DNA of 64,000 nucleotides from Escherichia coli (GTDB lineage Bacteria > Pseudomonadota > Gammaproteobacteria > Enterobacterales > Enterobacteriaceae), in the NCBI RefSeq assembly GCF_003334335.1, contig NZ_QOWQ01000005.1; one strand, 5' to 3'. Both the position numbers and the translations under genes were made by a program. This document shows positions 21,546 to 36,743 of this stretch, piece after piece. How positions within the stretch are numbered: position 1 is the first letter of the stretch; each line of letters opens with the position of its first letter. The notes under the pieces were generated by a model. The model ran no database searches. It saw nothing but the letters and a program-made list of their open reading frames with translations, and was not told where the DNA came from.

Positions 21546-22910
21546 TTACTTACCAATACAGAAGCTGGAGAAAATCCGCCCCAGCAGGTCGTCTGAAGTA
21601 AATTCCCCGGTGATTTCGCTTAAGTTCTGCTGTGCCAGACGCAACTCTTCCGCCAGCAGTTCACCTGCCCAGGCTCCCAACAGTTGCGCTTTGCCCTGTT
21701 GTAGATGTTCCGCTGCCTGTTCCAGCGCCTGTAGGTGGCGACGACGCGCCAGGAAGCCGCCTTCCATGTTGGTGTCAAAGCCCATGCTCTGTTTGAGATG
21801 GTTACGCAGCACGTCCACGCCTTCACCAGTCCTTGCCGAGAGACGAATTAACGCGTGACCGTTCACTTCACTCATTCCCAGCGTTTCGCCGGTGATATCG
21901 GCTTTATTGCGCACCACGGTGATCGGCAGTTTCGCTGGCAGACGGGCAATAAATTCCGGCCAGATCTCTGCCGGATCCACGGCGTCTGTTGTGGTGCCAT
22001 CGACCATAAACAGCACGCGGTCGGCCTGTTCAATTTCCTGCCACGCGCGCTCGATACCAATACGTTCTACTTCGTCACTGGCTTCACGTAGCCCGGCGGT
22101 ATCGATGATATGCAGCGGCATTCCGTCAATGTGGATATGCTCACGCAGCACGTCACGCGTAGTTCCGGCGATATCGGTTACGATTGCCGCTTCACGCCCC
22201 GCCAGCGCGTTTAACAGGCTCGATTTACCGGCGTTAGGACGTCCGGCAATCACCACTTTCATCCCTTCGCGCAACAAACTACCCTGACGTGCTTCAGCAC
22301 GCACTGCATCAAGATCGGCAATAACGTCATTGAGCTGGGCTTCAATTTTTCCGTCGGAGAGGAAATCGATCTCTTCATCGGGGAAATCAATTGCCGCTTC
22401 GACGTAAATGCGCAAGTGGGTGAGGGCTTCTACCAGATGATTAACCCGTGCGGAGAATGCGCCTTGCAGCGAGTTAAGTGCCGAACGGGCCGCCTGTTCC
22501 GAACTGGCGTCGATAAGATCGGCAATCGCCTCGGCCTGGGCTAAGTCAAGTTTATCGTTAAGAAACGCGCGTTCGGAAAACTCACCAGGGCGAGCAATCC
22601 GCAGGCCGGGAATGGTCAGAATGCGTTTTAACAGCAGGTCGAGGATCACCGGACCGCCATGACCTTGCAGTTCCAGCACATCTTCGCCGGTGAACGAGTT
22701 CGGGCCAGGGAACCATAGCGCAATCCCCTGATCGAGCACGCTGCCGTCGGCGTCTTTAAACGGAAGATAATCGGCGTAGCGCGGCTTAGGCAGTTTACCC
22801 AGCACGGTTTCGGCAACTTCACGGGCTTTGAAGCCGGAGATGCGCAGGATGCCAACGCCGCCACGTCCCGGAGGCGTGGCCTGGGCTACGATAGTGTCAT
22901 TATCGCTCAT
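21546..22910 (-). CDS. mnmE: tRNA modification GTPase MnmE (TrmE), 454 aa
   Basis: G-domain motifs ([16 protein letters not shown]) and C-terminal CIGK motif. Confidence 0.95.
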
Positions 22911-23015
22911 GATGTTCCTGTTGCTTTGTGTGGCGGATGCGCGGTGCTTATCCGCCCTACGAAAAGAAAAAAGGCGGTCAACTGACCGCCCTTATTTTAG
23001 CGAAAACTCACCGAA

Positions 23016-24662
23016 TCAGGATTTTTTCTTCTCGCGGCTATGCAGGCCACGTTTTTCCAGACCACGGTAAATCAGCTGCTGCTGAATAATGGTTACCAGG
23101 TTGCTGACGATATAGTACAGCACCAGACCTGACGGGAACCACAGGAAGAACACGGTGAAGATGACCGGCATAAAGGTCATGATCTTCTGCTGCATCGGGT
23201 CGGTCACTGTGGTCGGCGACATCTTCTGAATGAAGAACATCGTTACGCCCATCAGGATCGGCAGGATGTAGTACGGGTCCTGTGCCGACAGGTCGTGGAT
23301 CCACAGTGCAAACGGTGCCTGACGCAGTTCAACGGAACCCATCAGCATGTAGTACAACGCCAGGAAGATTGGCATCTGGATCAGCAGCGGGAAGCAGCCG
23401 CCCAGCGGGTTAACCTTCTCAGCTTTGTACAGCGCCATCATTTCCTGGCTGATACGCTGTTTGTCATCGCCCAGACGCTCACGCATTGCCTGAATCTTCG
23501 GCTGCAACATACGCATCTTCGCCATGGAGGTGTACTGCGCTTTGGTCAGCGGGTACATGATGCCACGAACGATAAAGGTGATGATGATAATGGAGAAGCC
23601 CCAGTTACCCACAAAGCTATGGATCCATTTCAGCAGTTTGAACAGCGGCTGAGAGATGAACCACAACCAACCGTAATCAACGGTCAGATCCAGGTGCGGA
23701 GCAACAGCTGCCATTTTGTCCTGGATTTCCGGGCCAACCCACAGGGTGCTGTTCATCGCGCCAGTCTGACCAGGCTGAACCAGTACCGGCTGAGATTTAT
23801 AGCCGATAGCGGCGATGCCGTTACCCAGATTAGCGGTATAGAAGTTGTTGGTACCGTCGTTATGCGGGATCCACGCCGTCGCGAAATACTGTTGCAGCAT
23901 CGCCACCCAACCACCTTTCGAAGAGATGTTCAGGTTTTCGTTATCGGCAATGGTATCGAACTTGTATTTCTCATACTTCTCGTCAGGCGTGGAGTACGCC
24001 GCGCCACGGAAGGTGTGCAGTGCGAAGTTGCTGCTTCCGGTATCGAGATGCGGTGGCAGAGTGATGGATTGCTTCAACTGACCAAACGAGGAGATTTCCA
24101 GCGGTTTCTCGCCAGCGTTCTGCACGTTGTAGTTGACGTTGACAGCGTAATCACCACGTTTCAGGACAAACGTTTTGGTAAACGTGTTGCCTGCCGCGTC
24201 GGTATACGTCATCGGCACCTGCAGTTCGTTTTGACCTTCAGCCAGCACATAAGCGTCTTTTTCAACGTTATACAGCGGACGCGGGCCGTTAGCCGGGTTA
24301 TCCGGGCCATCACGACCGGTCAGACCGCTCTGTGCCTGATAAATAAACTGCGGTGAAGTTTCCAACAGCTGGAACGGCTGGGTAGAGTTCAGCTCTTTCG
24401 GGTAAGCAGGCAGCAGAGCTTGCTCAACATCACCACCACGGGTGTTGATGGTCAGATCAAGCACGTCGGTCTTAACCGAGATCAGTTTCCCCTGGCCACT
24501 GGCCGGTACGCCCTGGTCGGCGGCGCTACCCGCTGCGGTGGTCGTTGTCTGCGTGGTCTGTTGGGCCTGAGGTTGCGGGTTTTTATCCTGCTCCCAGGCT
24601 TGCCAGATCATGAAAGACACGAACAGCAAAGCGATGACTAAAAGATTGCGTTGCGAATCCAT
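23016..24662 (-). CDS. yidC: Membrane protein insertase YidC (548 aa)
   Basis: N-terminal TM, large periplasmic domain, C-terminal 5-TM core ending in basic tail (…REKKKS). Confidence 0.95.
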
Positions 24663-24664
24663 CG

Positions 24665-24922
24665 TTAGTGTTCTCTGGTATCAAATGGTCCGGGCGGGAC
24701 GGGATCGTCACCACCAGGGTGTAAAGGGTGGCATTTTAATACGCGTTTCACCGTCAACCAACTGCCTTTTATCACTCCAAACCTGCGCAATGCCTCAATT
24801 CCGTAGCTTGAACAGGTTGGAGTGAAACGACAATGCGGCCCGAGTAGCGGACTAATCAGGCGTTGATAGACCCGAATGAGGGCTATCAGGACCCGCGAGC
24901 CAGGCGACAGTGGCGGCGCCAT
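24665..24922 (-). CDS. yidD: Membrane protein insertion efficiency factor YidD (85 aa)
   Basis: Conserved YidD motif …[15 protein letters not shown]…; overlaps rnpA 3' end. Confidence 0.9.
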
Positions 24923-25245
24923 AATTTTTCCAACGCTTCCGAGAGAGCACGGTTATCGAGGTCGGCAACCCCTTTTTTCGCCACCACCACGAAATCCATA
25001 GCCGGGAGTTCATGTTGGCGCAGACGGAAGCTTTCACGCGTCAGACGTTTAATCCGATTGCGTTCATGGGCGCGTCGAACGTTTTTCTTGGCGACTGTAA
25101 GACCGATACGGGGATGCCCCAGCGAATTCAGGCGGCCGAGAATGGTAATTTGCGGCGTGCCAGCCCGTTGTGGCTGCTGGAAGACGAATGTGAATTGACT
25201 GGGAGTTAACAAGCGTAACTCCCTGGGAAATGCGAGCTTAACCAC
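24886..25245 (-). CDS. rnpA: RNase P protein component RnpA (119 aa)
   Basis: Basic 119-aa protein (RNR motif region …[16 protein letters not shown]…), directly downstream of rpmH. Confidence 0.93.
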
Positions 25246-25261
25246 TCAGGGGTTAGCTTTA

Positions 25262-25414
<153 letters not shown>

Positions 25415-25790
25415 CTAAACTTGAATAAATTCAATGGCTTTATTGGATATCCGCCGAAAAATGAAACGATGGACACCGAAGCCATGGGTGATTAAAGAGG
25501 CCGGATTGTAATAATTGTACACTCCGGAGTCAATTCTCTTTCCTTATTTACCGCGCTTTTCCGCACCTTTTCGCAGGGAAAATGTACGACCTCACACCAG
25601 TGGAAACCAGCATGGCGCGCCGGGTGGAGGATTATACGGGCTGATGGGTAAAGCGCAAGGATCGTCCTGGATCTTTATTAGATCGATTAAGCCAATTTTT
25701 GTCTATGGTCATTAAATTTTCCAATATGCGGCGTAAATCGTGCCCGCCTCGCGGCAGGATCGTTTACACTTAGCGAGTTCTGGAAAGTCC

Positions 25791-25885
25791 TGTGGATAAA
25801 TCGGGAAAATCTGTGAGAAACAGAAGATCTCTTGCGCAGTTTAGGCTATGATCCGCGGTCCCGATCGTTTTGCAGGATCTTGATC
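25791..25885. promoter_or_regulatory. dnaA promoter region: DnaA box (tgtggataa, 25791-25799) followed by a cluster of five GATC (Dam/SeqA) sites at 25826-25885
   Basis: Consensus 9-mer DnaA box on complementary strand; GATC at 25826, 25850, 25863, 25876, 25882. Confidence 0.8.
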
Positions 25886-26008
25886 GGGCATATAACCGCA
25901 GACAGCGGTTCGTGCGTCACCCTCAAGCAGGGTCTTTTCGACGTACGTCAACAATCATGAATGTTTCAGCCTTAGTCATTATCGACTTTTGTTCGAGTGG
26001 AGTCCGCC

Positions 26009-27412
26009 GTGTCACTTTCGCTTTGGCAGCAGTGTCTTGCCCGATTGCAGGATGAGTTACCAGCCACAGAATTCAGTATGTGGATACGCCCATTGCAGGC
26101 GGAACTGAGCGATAACACGCTGGCCCTGTACGCGCCAAACCGTTTTGTCCTCGATTGGGTACGGGACAAGTACCTTAATAATATCAATGGACTGCTAACC
26201 AGTTTCTGCGGAGCGGATGCCCCACAGCTGCGTTTTGAAGTCGGCACCAAACCGGTGACGCAAACGCCACAAGCGGCAGTGACGAGCAACGTCGCGGCCC
26301 CTGCACAGGTGGCGCAAACGCAGCCGCAACGTGCTGCGCCTTCTACGCGCTCAGGTTGGGATAACGTCCCGGCCCCGGCAGAACCGACCTATCGTTCTAA
26401 CGTAAACGTCAAACACACGTTTGATAACTTCGTTGAAGGTAAATCTAACCAACTGGCGCGCGCGGCGGCTCGCCAGGTGGCGGATAACCCTGGCGGTGCC
26501 TATAACCCGTTGTTCCTTTATGGCGGCACGGGTCTGGGTAAAACTCACCTGCTGCATGCGGTGGGTAACGGCATTATGGCGCGCAAGCCGAATGCCAAAG
26601 TGGTTTATATGCACTCCGAGCGCTTTGTTCAGGACATGGTTAAAGCCCTGCAAAACAACGCGATCGAAGAGTTTAAACGCTACTACCGTTCCGTAGATGC
26701 ACTGCTGATCGACGATATTCAGTTTTTTGCTAATAAAGAACGATCTCAGGAAGAGTTTTTCCACACCTTCAACGCCCTGCTGGAAGGTAATCAACAGATC
26801 ATTCTCACCTCGGATCGCTATCCGAAAGAGATCAACGGCGTTGAGGATCGTTTGAAATCCCGCTTCGGTTGGGGACTGACTGTGGCGATCGAACCGCCAG
26901 AGCTGGAAACCCGTGTGGCGATCCTGATGAAAAAGGCCGACGAAAACGACATTCGTTTGCCGGGCGAAGTGGCGTTCTTTATCGCCAAGCGTCTACGATC
27001 TAACGTACGTGAGCTGGAAGGGGCGCTGAACCGCGTCATTGCCAATGCCAACTTTACCGGACGGGCGATCACCATCGACTTCGTGCGTGAGGCGCTGCGC
27101 GACTTGCTGGCATTGCAGGAAAAACTGGTCACCATCGACAATATTCAGAAGACGGTGGCGGAGTACTACAAGATCAAAGTCGCGGATCTCCTTTCCAAGC
27201 GTCGATCCCGCTCGGTGGCGCGTCCGCGCCAGATGGCGATGGCGCTGGCGAAAGAGCTGACTAACCACAGTCTGCCGGAGATTGGCGATGCGTTTGGTGG
27301 CCGTGACCACACGACGGTGCTTCATGCCTGCCGTAAGATCGAGCAGTTGCGTGAAGAGAGCCACGATATCAAAGAAGATTTTTCAAATTTAATCAGAACA
27401 TTGTCATCGTAA
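26009..27412 (+). CDS. dnaA: Chromosomal replication initiator DnaA (467 aa, GTG start)
   Basis: Trimmed to GTG at 26009 giving [30 protein letters not shown]…; AAA+ Walker [11 protein letters not shown]; C-terminal DNA-binding domain. Confidence 0.96.
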
Positions 27413-27416
27413 ACCT

Positions 27417-28516
27417 ATGAAATTTACCGTAGAACGTGAGCATTTATTAAAACCGCTACAACAGGTGAGCGGTCCGTTAGGTGGTCGTCCTACGCTACCG
27501 ATTCTCGGTAATCTGCTGTTACAGGTTGCTGACGGTACGTTGTCGCTGACCGGTACTGATCTCGAGATGGAAATGGTGGCACGTGTTGCGCTGGTTCAGC
27601 CACACGAGCCAGGAGCGACGACCGTTCCGGCGCGCAAATTCTTTGATATCTGCCGTGGTCTGCCTGAAGGCGCGGAAATTGCCGTGCAGCTGGAAGGTGA
27701 ACGGATGCTGGTACGCTCCGGGCGTAGCCGTTTTTCGCTGTCTACCCTGCCAGCGGCGGATTTCCCGAACCTCGATGACTGGCAGAGTGAAGTCGAATTT
27801 ACCCTGCCGCAGGCAACGATGAAGCGTCTGATTGAAGCGACCCAGTTTTCTATGGCGCATCAGGACGTTCGCTATTACTTAAATGGTATGCTGTTTGAAA
27901 CCGAAGGTGAAGAACTGCGCACCGTGGCAACCGACGGCCACCGTCTGGCGGTCTGTTCAATGCCAATTGGTCAATCTTTGCCAAGCCATTCGGTGATCGT
28001 ACCGCGTAAAGGCGTGATTGAACTGATGCGTATGCTCGACGGCGGCGACAATCCGCTGCGCGTACAGATTGGCAGCAACAACATTCGCGCCCACGTTGGC
28101 GACTTTATCTTCACCTCCAAACTGGTGGATGGTCGCTTCCCGGATTATCGCCGCGTTCTGCCGAAGAACCCGGACAAACATCTGGAAGCTGGCTGCGATC
28201 TGCTCAAGCAGGCGTTTGCTCGCGCGGCGATTCTCTCTAACGAGAAATTCCGCGGCGTACGTCTTTATGTCAGCGAAAACCAGCTGAAAATCACCGCCAA
28301 CAACCCGGAACAGGAAGAAGCGGAAGAGATCCTCGACGTTACCTATAGCGGTGCGGAGATGGAAATCGGCTTCAACGTCAGTTATGTGCTGGATGTTCTG
28401 AACGCGCTGAAATGCGAAAACGTCCGCATGATGCTGACCGATTCGGTTTCCAGCGTGCAGATTGAAGATGCGGCCAGCCAGAGCGCGGCTTATGTTGTCA
28501 TGCCAATGAGACTGTA

Positions 28517-28517
<1 letters not shown>
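27417..28517 (+). CDS. dnaN: DNA polymerase III beta sliding clamp DnaN (366 aa)
   Basis: [21 protein letters not shown]… N-terminus, C-terminal …MPMRL. Confidence 0.96.
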
Positions 28518-32033
<3,516 letters not shown>

Positions 32034-32054
32034 TGGCGCTAACCATGCGAGCGT

Positions 32055-32156
32055 GCCTGATGCGCTACGCTTATCAGGCCTACGAAAATCTTGCAATGTA
32101 TTGAATTTTCATGATTTTGTAGGCCGGATAAGGCGTTCACGCCGCATCCGGCAAGA
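32055..32156. repeat. BIME: two REP units in inverted orientation downstream of gyrB
   Basis: tgcctgatgcgctacgcttatcaggcctac (32055-32084) and gtaggccggataaggcgttcacgccgcatccggcaag (32119-32156). Confidence 0.8.
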
Positions 32157-32165
32157 AGCTATAAG

Positions 32166-32196
32166 AAAAGGGCGGAGATCATCTCCGCCCTTTTTA
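32166..32196 (+). terminator. Rho-independent terminator after gyrB
   Basis: aaaagggcggagatcatctccgcccttttt: perfect GC-rich stem flanked by A and T runs. Confidence 0.8.
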
Positions 32197-32272
32197 TTTC
32201 TGCAATCCGCAATTATCATCCCGCAAATCTATACTTTTTGGGTCAACACGTAACGCTTTACAGGTGATTATC

Positions 32273-32671
32273 ATGGGGCTTTTTGATGAAGTTGTCGGTG
32301 CCTTTCTGAAAGGCGATGCGGGGAAATATCAGGCTATTTTAAGTTGGGTTGAGGAGCAGGGCGGCATTCAGGTGCTGCTGGAAAAACTGCAAAGTGGCGG
32401 CTTAGGGGCCATTCTCTCAACCTGGCTGAGTAATCAACAGGGCAATCAATCGGTTAGTGGCGAGCAACTGGAATCGGCGCTCGGCACAAATGCGGTGTCC
32501 GATCTCGGGCAAAAACTTGGCGTGGATACCAGTACAGCTTCCATTTTACTGGCAGAACAATTGCCGAAGATTATTGATGCGCTCTCACCGCAAGGTGAAG
32601 TGTCACCACAAGCCAATAACGATCTGCTTTCCGCAGGCATGGAACTGCTGAAAGGGAAACTCTTCCGCTAA
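32273..32671 (+). CDS. yidB: YidB, DUF937-family protein (132 aa)
   Basis: Trimmed to MGLFDEVVGAFLKGDAGKYQAIL…; small soluble protein. Confidence 0.8.
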   Translation: MGLFDEVVGAFLKGDAGKYQAILSWVEEQGGIQVLLEKLQSGGLGAILSTWLSNQQGNQSVSGEQLESALGTNAVSDLGQKLGVDTSTASILLAEQLPKIIDALSPQGEVSPQANNDLLSAGMELLKGKLFR

Positions 32672-32785
32672 GCAAAAAGGGAGCACGCAACGCGCGTTGC
32701 ATCCCCCTTTTCCCTCGGGTGTTGTACTGATTTTTGAGCGGAATCGCGTTAGCATGGGTCAGGAACCAATCTACCTGGGGAACTC

Positions 32786-33598
32786 ATGGCTATTAAACTC
32801 ATTGCTATCGATATGGATGGCACCCTTCTGCTGCCCGATCACACCATTTCACCCGCCGTTAAAAATGCGATTGCCGCAGCTCGCGCCCGTGGCGTGAATG
32901 TCGTGCTAACGACGGGTCGCCCGTATGCAGGTGTGCACAACTACCTGAAAGAGCTGCATATGGAACAGCCGGGCGACTACTGCATTACTTATAACGGCGC
33001 GCTGGTACAGAAGGCCGCTGATGGTAGCACCGTGGCGCAAACTGCTCTCAGCTATGACGACTATCGTTTCCTGGAAAAACTCTCTCGCGAAGTCGGTTCT
33101 CATTTCCACGCCCTGGACCGCACCACGCTGTACACCGCCAACCGTGATATCAGCTACTACACGGTGCATGAATCCTTCGTTGCCACCATTCCGCTGGTGT
33201 TCTGCGAAGCGGAGAAAATGGACCCCAATACCCAGTTCCTGAAAGTGATGATGATTGATGAACCCGCCATCCTCGACCAGGCTATCGCGCGTATTCCGCA
33301 GGAAGTGAAAGAGAAATATACCGTGCTGAAAAGTGCGCCGTACTTCCTCGAAATCCTCGATAAACGCGTTAACAAAGGTACGGGGGTGAAATCACTGGCC
33401 GACGTGTTAGGTATTAAACCGGAAGAAATCATGGCGATTGGCGATCAGGAAAACGATATCGCAATGATTGAATATGCAGGCGTCGGTGTGGCGATGGATA
33501 ACGCTATTCCTTCAGTGAAAGAAGTGGCGAACTTTGTCACCAAATCTAACCTTGAAGATGGCGTGGCGTTTGCTATTGAGAAGTATGTGCTGAATTAA
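32786..33598 (+). CDS. yidA: HAD-superfamily (Cof-type) sugar-phosphate phosphatase YidA (270 aa)
   Basis: HAD motif I IAIDMDGTLL, Cof-like C-terminal motif GDQENDIAM. Confidence 0.9.
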   Translation: MAIKLIAIDMDGTLLLPDHTISPAVKNAIAAARARGVNVVLTTGRPYAGVHNYLKELHMEQPGDYCITYNGALVQKAADGSTVAQTALSYDDYRFLEKLSREVGSHFHALDRTTLYTANRDISYYTVHESFVATIPLVFCEAEKMDPNTQFLKVMMIDEPAILDQAIARIPQEVKEKYTVLKSAPYFLEILDKRVNKGTGVKSLADVLGIKPEEIMAIGDQENDIAMIEYAGVGVAMDNAIPSVKEVANFVTKSNLEDGVAFAIEKYVLN

Positions 33599-33643
33599 TC
33601 TGTGGGCGGGCAAACAGCATAAACGCGTTTGCCCGCTTACTGA

Positions 33644-34300
33644 TTATTGGTTTACTGCATATACAACCAGAAATTGCAGCGGTGCAGTAATGATGTCCAG
33701 CGTAACAGTCACTGGCAGTAATGCTGCGGAAACACCATCCGGAATGCCTCTGGGTGAATAGTATTCATAAAATCGCACTTTAAATGGATGGTAGAACGCC
33801 ATCACCTTTGAGTAATCCATGTTTTTATTTTTCTCATGGATTGTGCCTTTTAGGTTTTCCAGTGACCTGGTACAGTGTTGAACACCACAGGCAAAACCAT
33901 AATGCGTTGCCAGTGCCTTTTCTTCTTCGTTATTCCAGTAGTAGTAAAGCGATATTGTGCCGGTAAATTTCTTTTTCCCCGCATTTAAAACAAATCTTGC
34001 GTCATCGGCAACCTGAATATTGTGCCGGTTAAGTGCTGGATCATTGAGCATCTTAACGATGTCATCGGCACCATCAGTGATAAGGTAATCCAGCGATTCC
34101 CCTACAAAAACATAGCCTTTTGTTCCATTACTATCTTTTGCCTGCGATAGCCCAGTGATGGTGTCTGACTGCGATTGATACTTTCCTGAACTACCCTTTG
34201 CGGTATGGGAAACCAGAGCATACGAGATACAGCCTGAAAGCATCAGCGCCAGTGGGAATAAACCGGCAGCCTTAAAAAATCCCTTAAAATTCAACTTCAT
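33644..34300 (-). CDS. yidX: Putative lipoprotein YidX (218 aa from internal ATG)
   Basis: Trimmed to [24 protein letters not shown]… (lipobox LSGC); the upstream extension in the ORF track lacks support. Confidence 0.8.
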
Positions 34301-34437
34301 GATTAATCCTTTAAACGAGTAGCTAAGCCGTTGAAAGCATACTCTTCTTTCCCTCCTGTTTAGCGCCTGATATCCCTTTTCAGATTTCTGCCCGACGCAT
34401 GTCATTTTTTTATGCATTGTTCTTTTTGTGATCTAAA

Positions 34438-34512
34438 TTGTAGTACAACAATATAAGTTTGTACTACATTACACGCACGGCAAACGCGAACGTCATCACG
34501 CTGGTACTACAA
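34438..34512. promoter_or_regulatory. Three GntR/FadR-type operator-like repeats (TTGTA-n-TACAA) in the yidX/dgoR divergent region; probable DgoR operators
   Basis: ttgtagtacaa (34438-34448, perfect palindrome), tttgtactaca (34458-34468), tggtactacaa (34502-34512). Confidence 0.7.
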
Positions 34513-34577
34513 AGTTGCCGCGTTATGCATCGATCGGGGTAAAGTAGAGAAGAACATACAGAGCACAAGGACTCTCC

Positions 34578-35267
34578 ATGACTCTCAATAAAACCGATCG
34601 CATTGTCATTACGCTGGGTAAACAGATCGTTCACGGCAAATACGTGCCAGGCTCGCCGCTTCCGGCTGAGGCGGAACTCTGTGAGGAGTTTGCAACCTCG
34701 CGCAACATCATCCGTGAGGTGTTCCGTTCGCTGATGGCGAAGCGGCTGATTGAAATGAAACGTTATCGCGGGGCGTTTGTGGCACCGCGTAACCAGTGGA
34801 ATTACCTCGACACTGACGTACTGCAATGGGTGCTGGAAAATGACTACGACCCACGGCTTATCAGTGCCATGAGCGAAGTGCGAAATCTGGTGGAACCGGC
34901 GATTGCCCGTTGGGCAGCAGAGCGCGCGACTTCCAGCGATCTGGCGCAGATTGAATCGGCGCTGAACGAGATGATTGCCAACAATCAGGACCGCGAAGCG
35001 TTTAACGAAGCGGATATTCGCTACCACGAGGCGGTGCTGCAGTCGGTGCATAACCCGGTGTTACAGCAACTTAGCATTGCGATCAGTTCGCTGCAGCGGG
35101 CGGTTTTTGAACGAACCTGGATGGGCGATGAGGCCAACATGCCGCAAACGCTCCAGGAACATAAGGCGCTGTTCGATGCGATACGACATCAGGACGGCGA
35201 TGCGGCAGAGCAGGCGGCGCTTACCATGATCGCCAGCTCGACACGAAGGTTAAAGGAAATCACATGA
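34578..35267 (+). CDS. dgoR: GntR/FadR-family repressor DgoR (229 aa)
   Basis: N-terminal winged-HTH GntR domain, FCD C-terminal domain; heads the dgo cluster. Confidence 0.92.
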   Translation: MTLNKTDRIVITLGKQIVHGKYVPGSPLPAEAELCEEFATSRNIIREVFRSLMAKRLIEMKRYRGAFVAPRNQWNYLDTDVLQWVLENDYDPRLISAMSEVRNLVEPAIARWAAERATSSDLAQIESALNEMIANNQDREAFNEADIRYHEAVLQSVHNPVLQQLSIAISSLQRAVFERTWMGDEANMPQTLQEHKALFDAIRHQDGDAAEQAALTMIASSTRRLKEIT

Positions 35268-36142
35268 CAGCTCGCTACATCGCAATTGACTGGGGATCGA
35301 CCAATCTGCGCGCCTGGCTTTATCAGGGCGACCACTGCCTGGAGAGCAGGCAATCAGAAGCAGGCGTCACGCGCCTGAACGGAAAATCTCCGGCTGCGGT
35401 GTTAGCAGAAGTCACGACCGACTGGCGTGAAGAGAAAACGCCAGTGGTAATGGCAGGAATGGTTGGCAGCAACGTCGGCTGGAAAGTTGCACCGTATTTA
35501 TCTGTTCCTGCCTGTTTTTCGTCTATTGGCGAACAATTAACGTCAGTTGGCGACAATATCTGGATTATTCCCGGATTATGTGTCTCTCATGACGATAACC
35601 ACAATGTGATGCGCGGCGAAGAAACACAATTGATCGGCGCGCGAGCTCTGGCTCCTTCCTCTCTTTATGTCATGCCCGGAACCCATTGCAAATGGGTGCA
35701 GGCCGATAGCCAGCAAATCAACGATTTTCGCACCGTGATGACCGGTGAATTACATCATTTACTGTTAAATCACTCATTGATTGGCGCAGGTTTGCCGCCG
35801 CAGGAAAACTCTGCCGATGCCTTCACAGCTGGCCTTGAGCGTGGTCTTAATACGCCCGCCATATTGCCGCAGCTTTTTGAAGTTCGCGCCTCGCATGTGC
35901 TGGGAACACTTCCCCGCGAACAGGTCAGCGAATTTCTCTCTGGTTTGTTGATTGGCGCAGAGGTCGCCAGTATGCGCGACTATGTGGCCCATCAACACGC
36001 CATCACCCTTGTCGCCGGAACATCGCTGACCGCGCGCTACCAGCAAGCCTTTCAGGCGATGGGTTGCGACGTGACGGCGGTGGCGGGCGACACGGCATTT
36101 CAGGCTGGTATAAGGAGCATCGCTCATGCAGTGGCAAACTAA
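35264..36142 (+). CDS. dgoK: 2-dehydro-3-deoxygalactonokinase DgoK (292 aa)
   Basis: Begins MTARYIAIDWGSTNLRAWL…; start overlaps dgoR stop. Confidence 0.92.
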   Translation: MTARYIAIDWGSTNLRAWLYQGDHCLESRQSEAGVTRLNGKSPAAVLAEVTTDWREEKTPVVMAGMVGSNVGWKVAPYLSVPACFSSIGEQLTSVGDNIWIIPGLCVSHDDNHNVMRGEETQLIGARALAPSSLYVMPGTHCKWVQADSQQINDFRTVMTGELHHLLLNHSLIGAGLPPQENSADAFTAGLERGLNTPAILPQLFEVRASHVLGTLPREQVSEFLSGLLIGAEVASMRDYVAHQHAITLVAGTSLTARYQQAFQAMGCDVTAVAGDTAFQAGIRSIAHAVAN

Positions 36143-36743
36143 ACTCCCGCTGATCGCCATTTTGCGCGGTATTACGCCCGACGAGGCGCTGGCGCATGTT
36201 GGCGCGGTGATTGACGCCGGGTTCGACGCGGTTGAAATCCCGCTGAATTCCCCACAATGGGAGCAAAGCATTCCCGCCATCGTTGATGCGTACGGCGACA
36301 AGGCGTTGATTGGCGCAGGTACGGTACTGAAACCTGAACAGGTCGATGCGCTCGCCAGGATGAGCTGTCAGCTCATCGTTACGCCCAATATCCATAGTGA
36401 AGTGATCCGCCGTGCGGTGGGCTACGGCATGACCGTCTGCCCCGGCTGCGCGACGGCGACCGAAGCCTTTACCGCGCTCGAAGCGGGCGCGCAGGCGCTG
36501 AAAATATTTCCGTCATCGGCTTTTGGTCCGCAATACATCAAAGCGTTAAAAGCGGTATTGCCATCGGACATCGCAGTCTTTGCCGTTGGCGGCGTGACGC
36601 CAGAAAACCTGGCGCAGTGGATAGACGCAGGTTGTGCAGGGGCGGGCTTAGGCAGCGATCTCTATCGCGCCGGGCAATCCGTAGAGCGCACCGCGCAGCA
36701 GGCAGCAGCATTTGTTAAGGCGTATCGAGAGGCAGTGCAATGA
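36126..36743 (+). CDS. dgoA: 2-dehydro-3-deoxy-6-phosphogalactonate aldolase DgoA (205 aa)
   Basis: KDPG/KHG aldolase-like TIM-barrel sequence; overlaps dgoK 3' end. Confidence 0.92.
   Translation: MQWQTKLPLIAILRGITPDEALAHVGAVIDAGFDAVEIPLNSPQWEQSIPAIVDAYGDKALIGAGTVLKPEQVDALARMSCQLIVTPNIHSEVIRRAVGYGMTVCPGCATATEAFTALEAGAQALKIFPSSAFGPQYIKALKAVLPSDIAVFAVGGVTPENLAQWIDAGCAGAGLGSDLYRAGQSVERTAQQAAAFVKAYREAVQ

Noticed and set aside
23295-24356. 353-aa plus-strand ORF inside yidC
   Set aside because: Antisense to the conserved insertase gene; the translation has no motif and an Arg/His/Gln-rich composition. Shadow ORF
25515-25715. 66-aa plus-strand ORF in the rpmH-dnaA intergenic region
   Set aside because: Falls in the known promoter region; no RBS; composition atypical. 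Likely spurious
33644-34417. Full 257-aa version of yidX, and similar ORF-track N-terminal extensions of bglG, bglF, phoU, dgoT, ibpA, ibpB, yidE, yidP, yidQ, yidI, tnaA, emrD and uhpC
   Set aside because: Internal ATGs yield N-termini matching known proteins or proper signal and lipobox positions; the extensions reflect absence of in-frame stops rather than real starts
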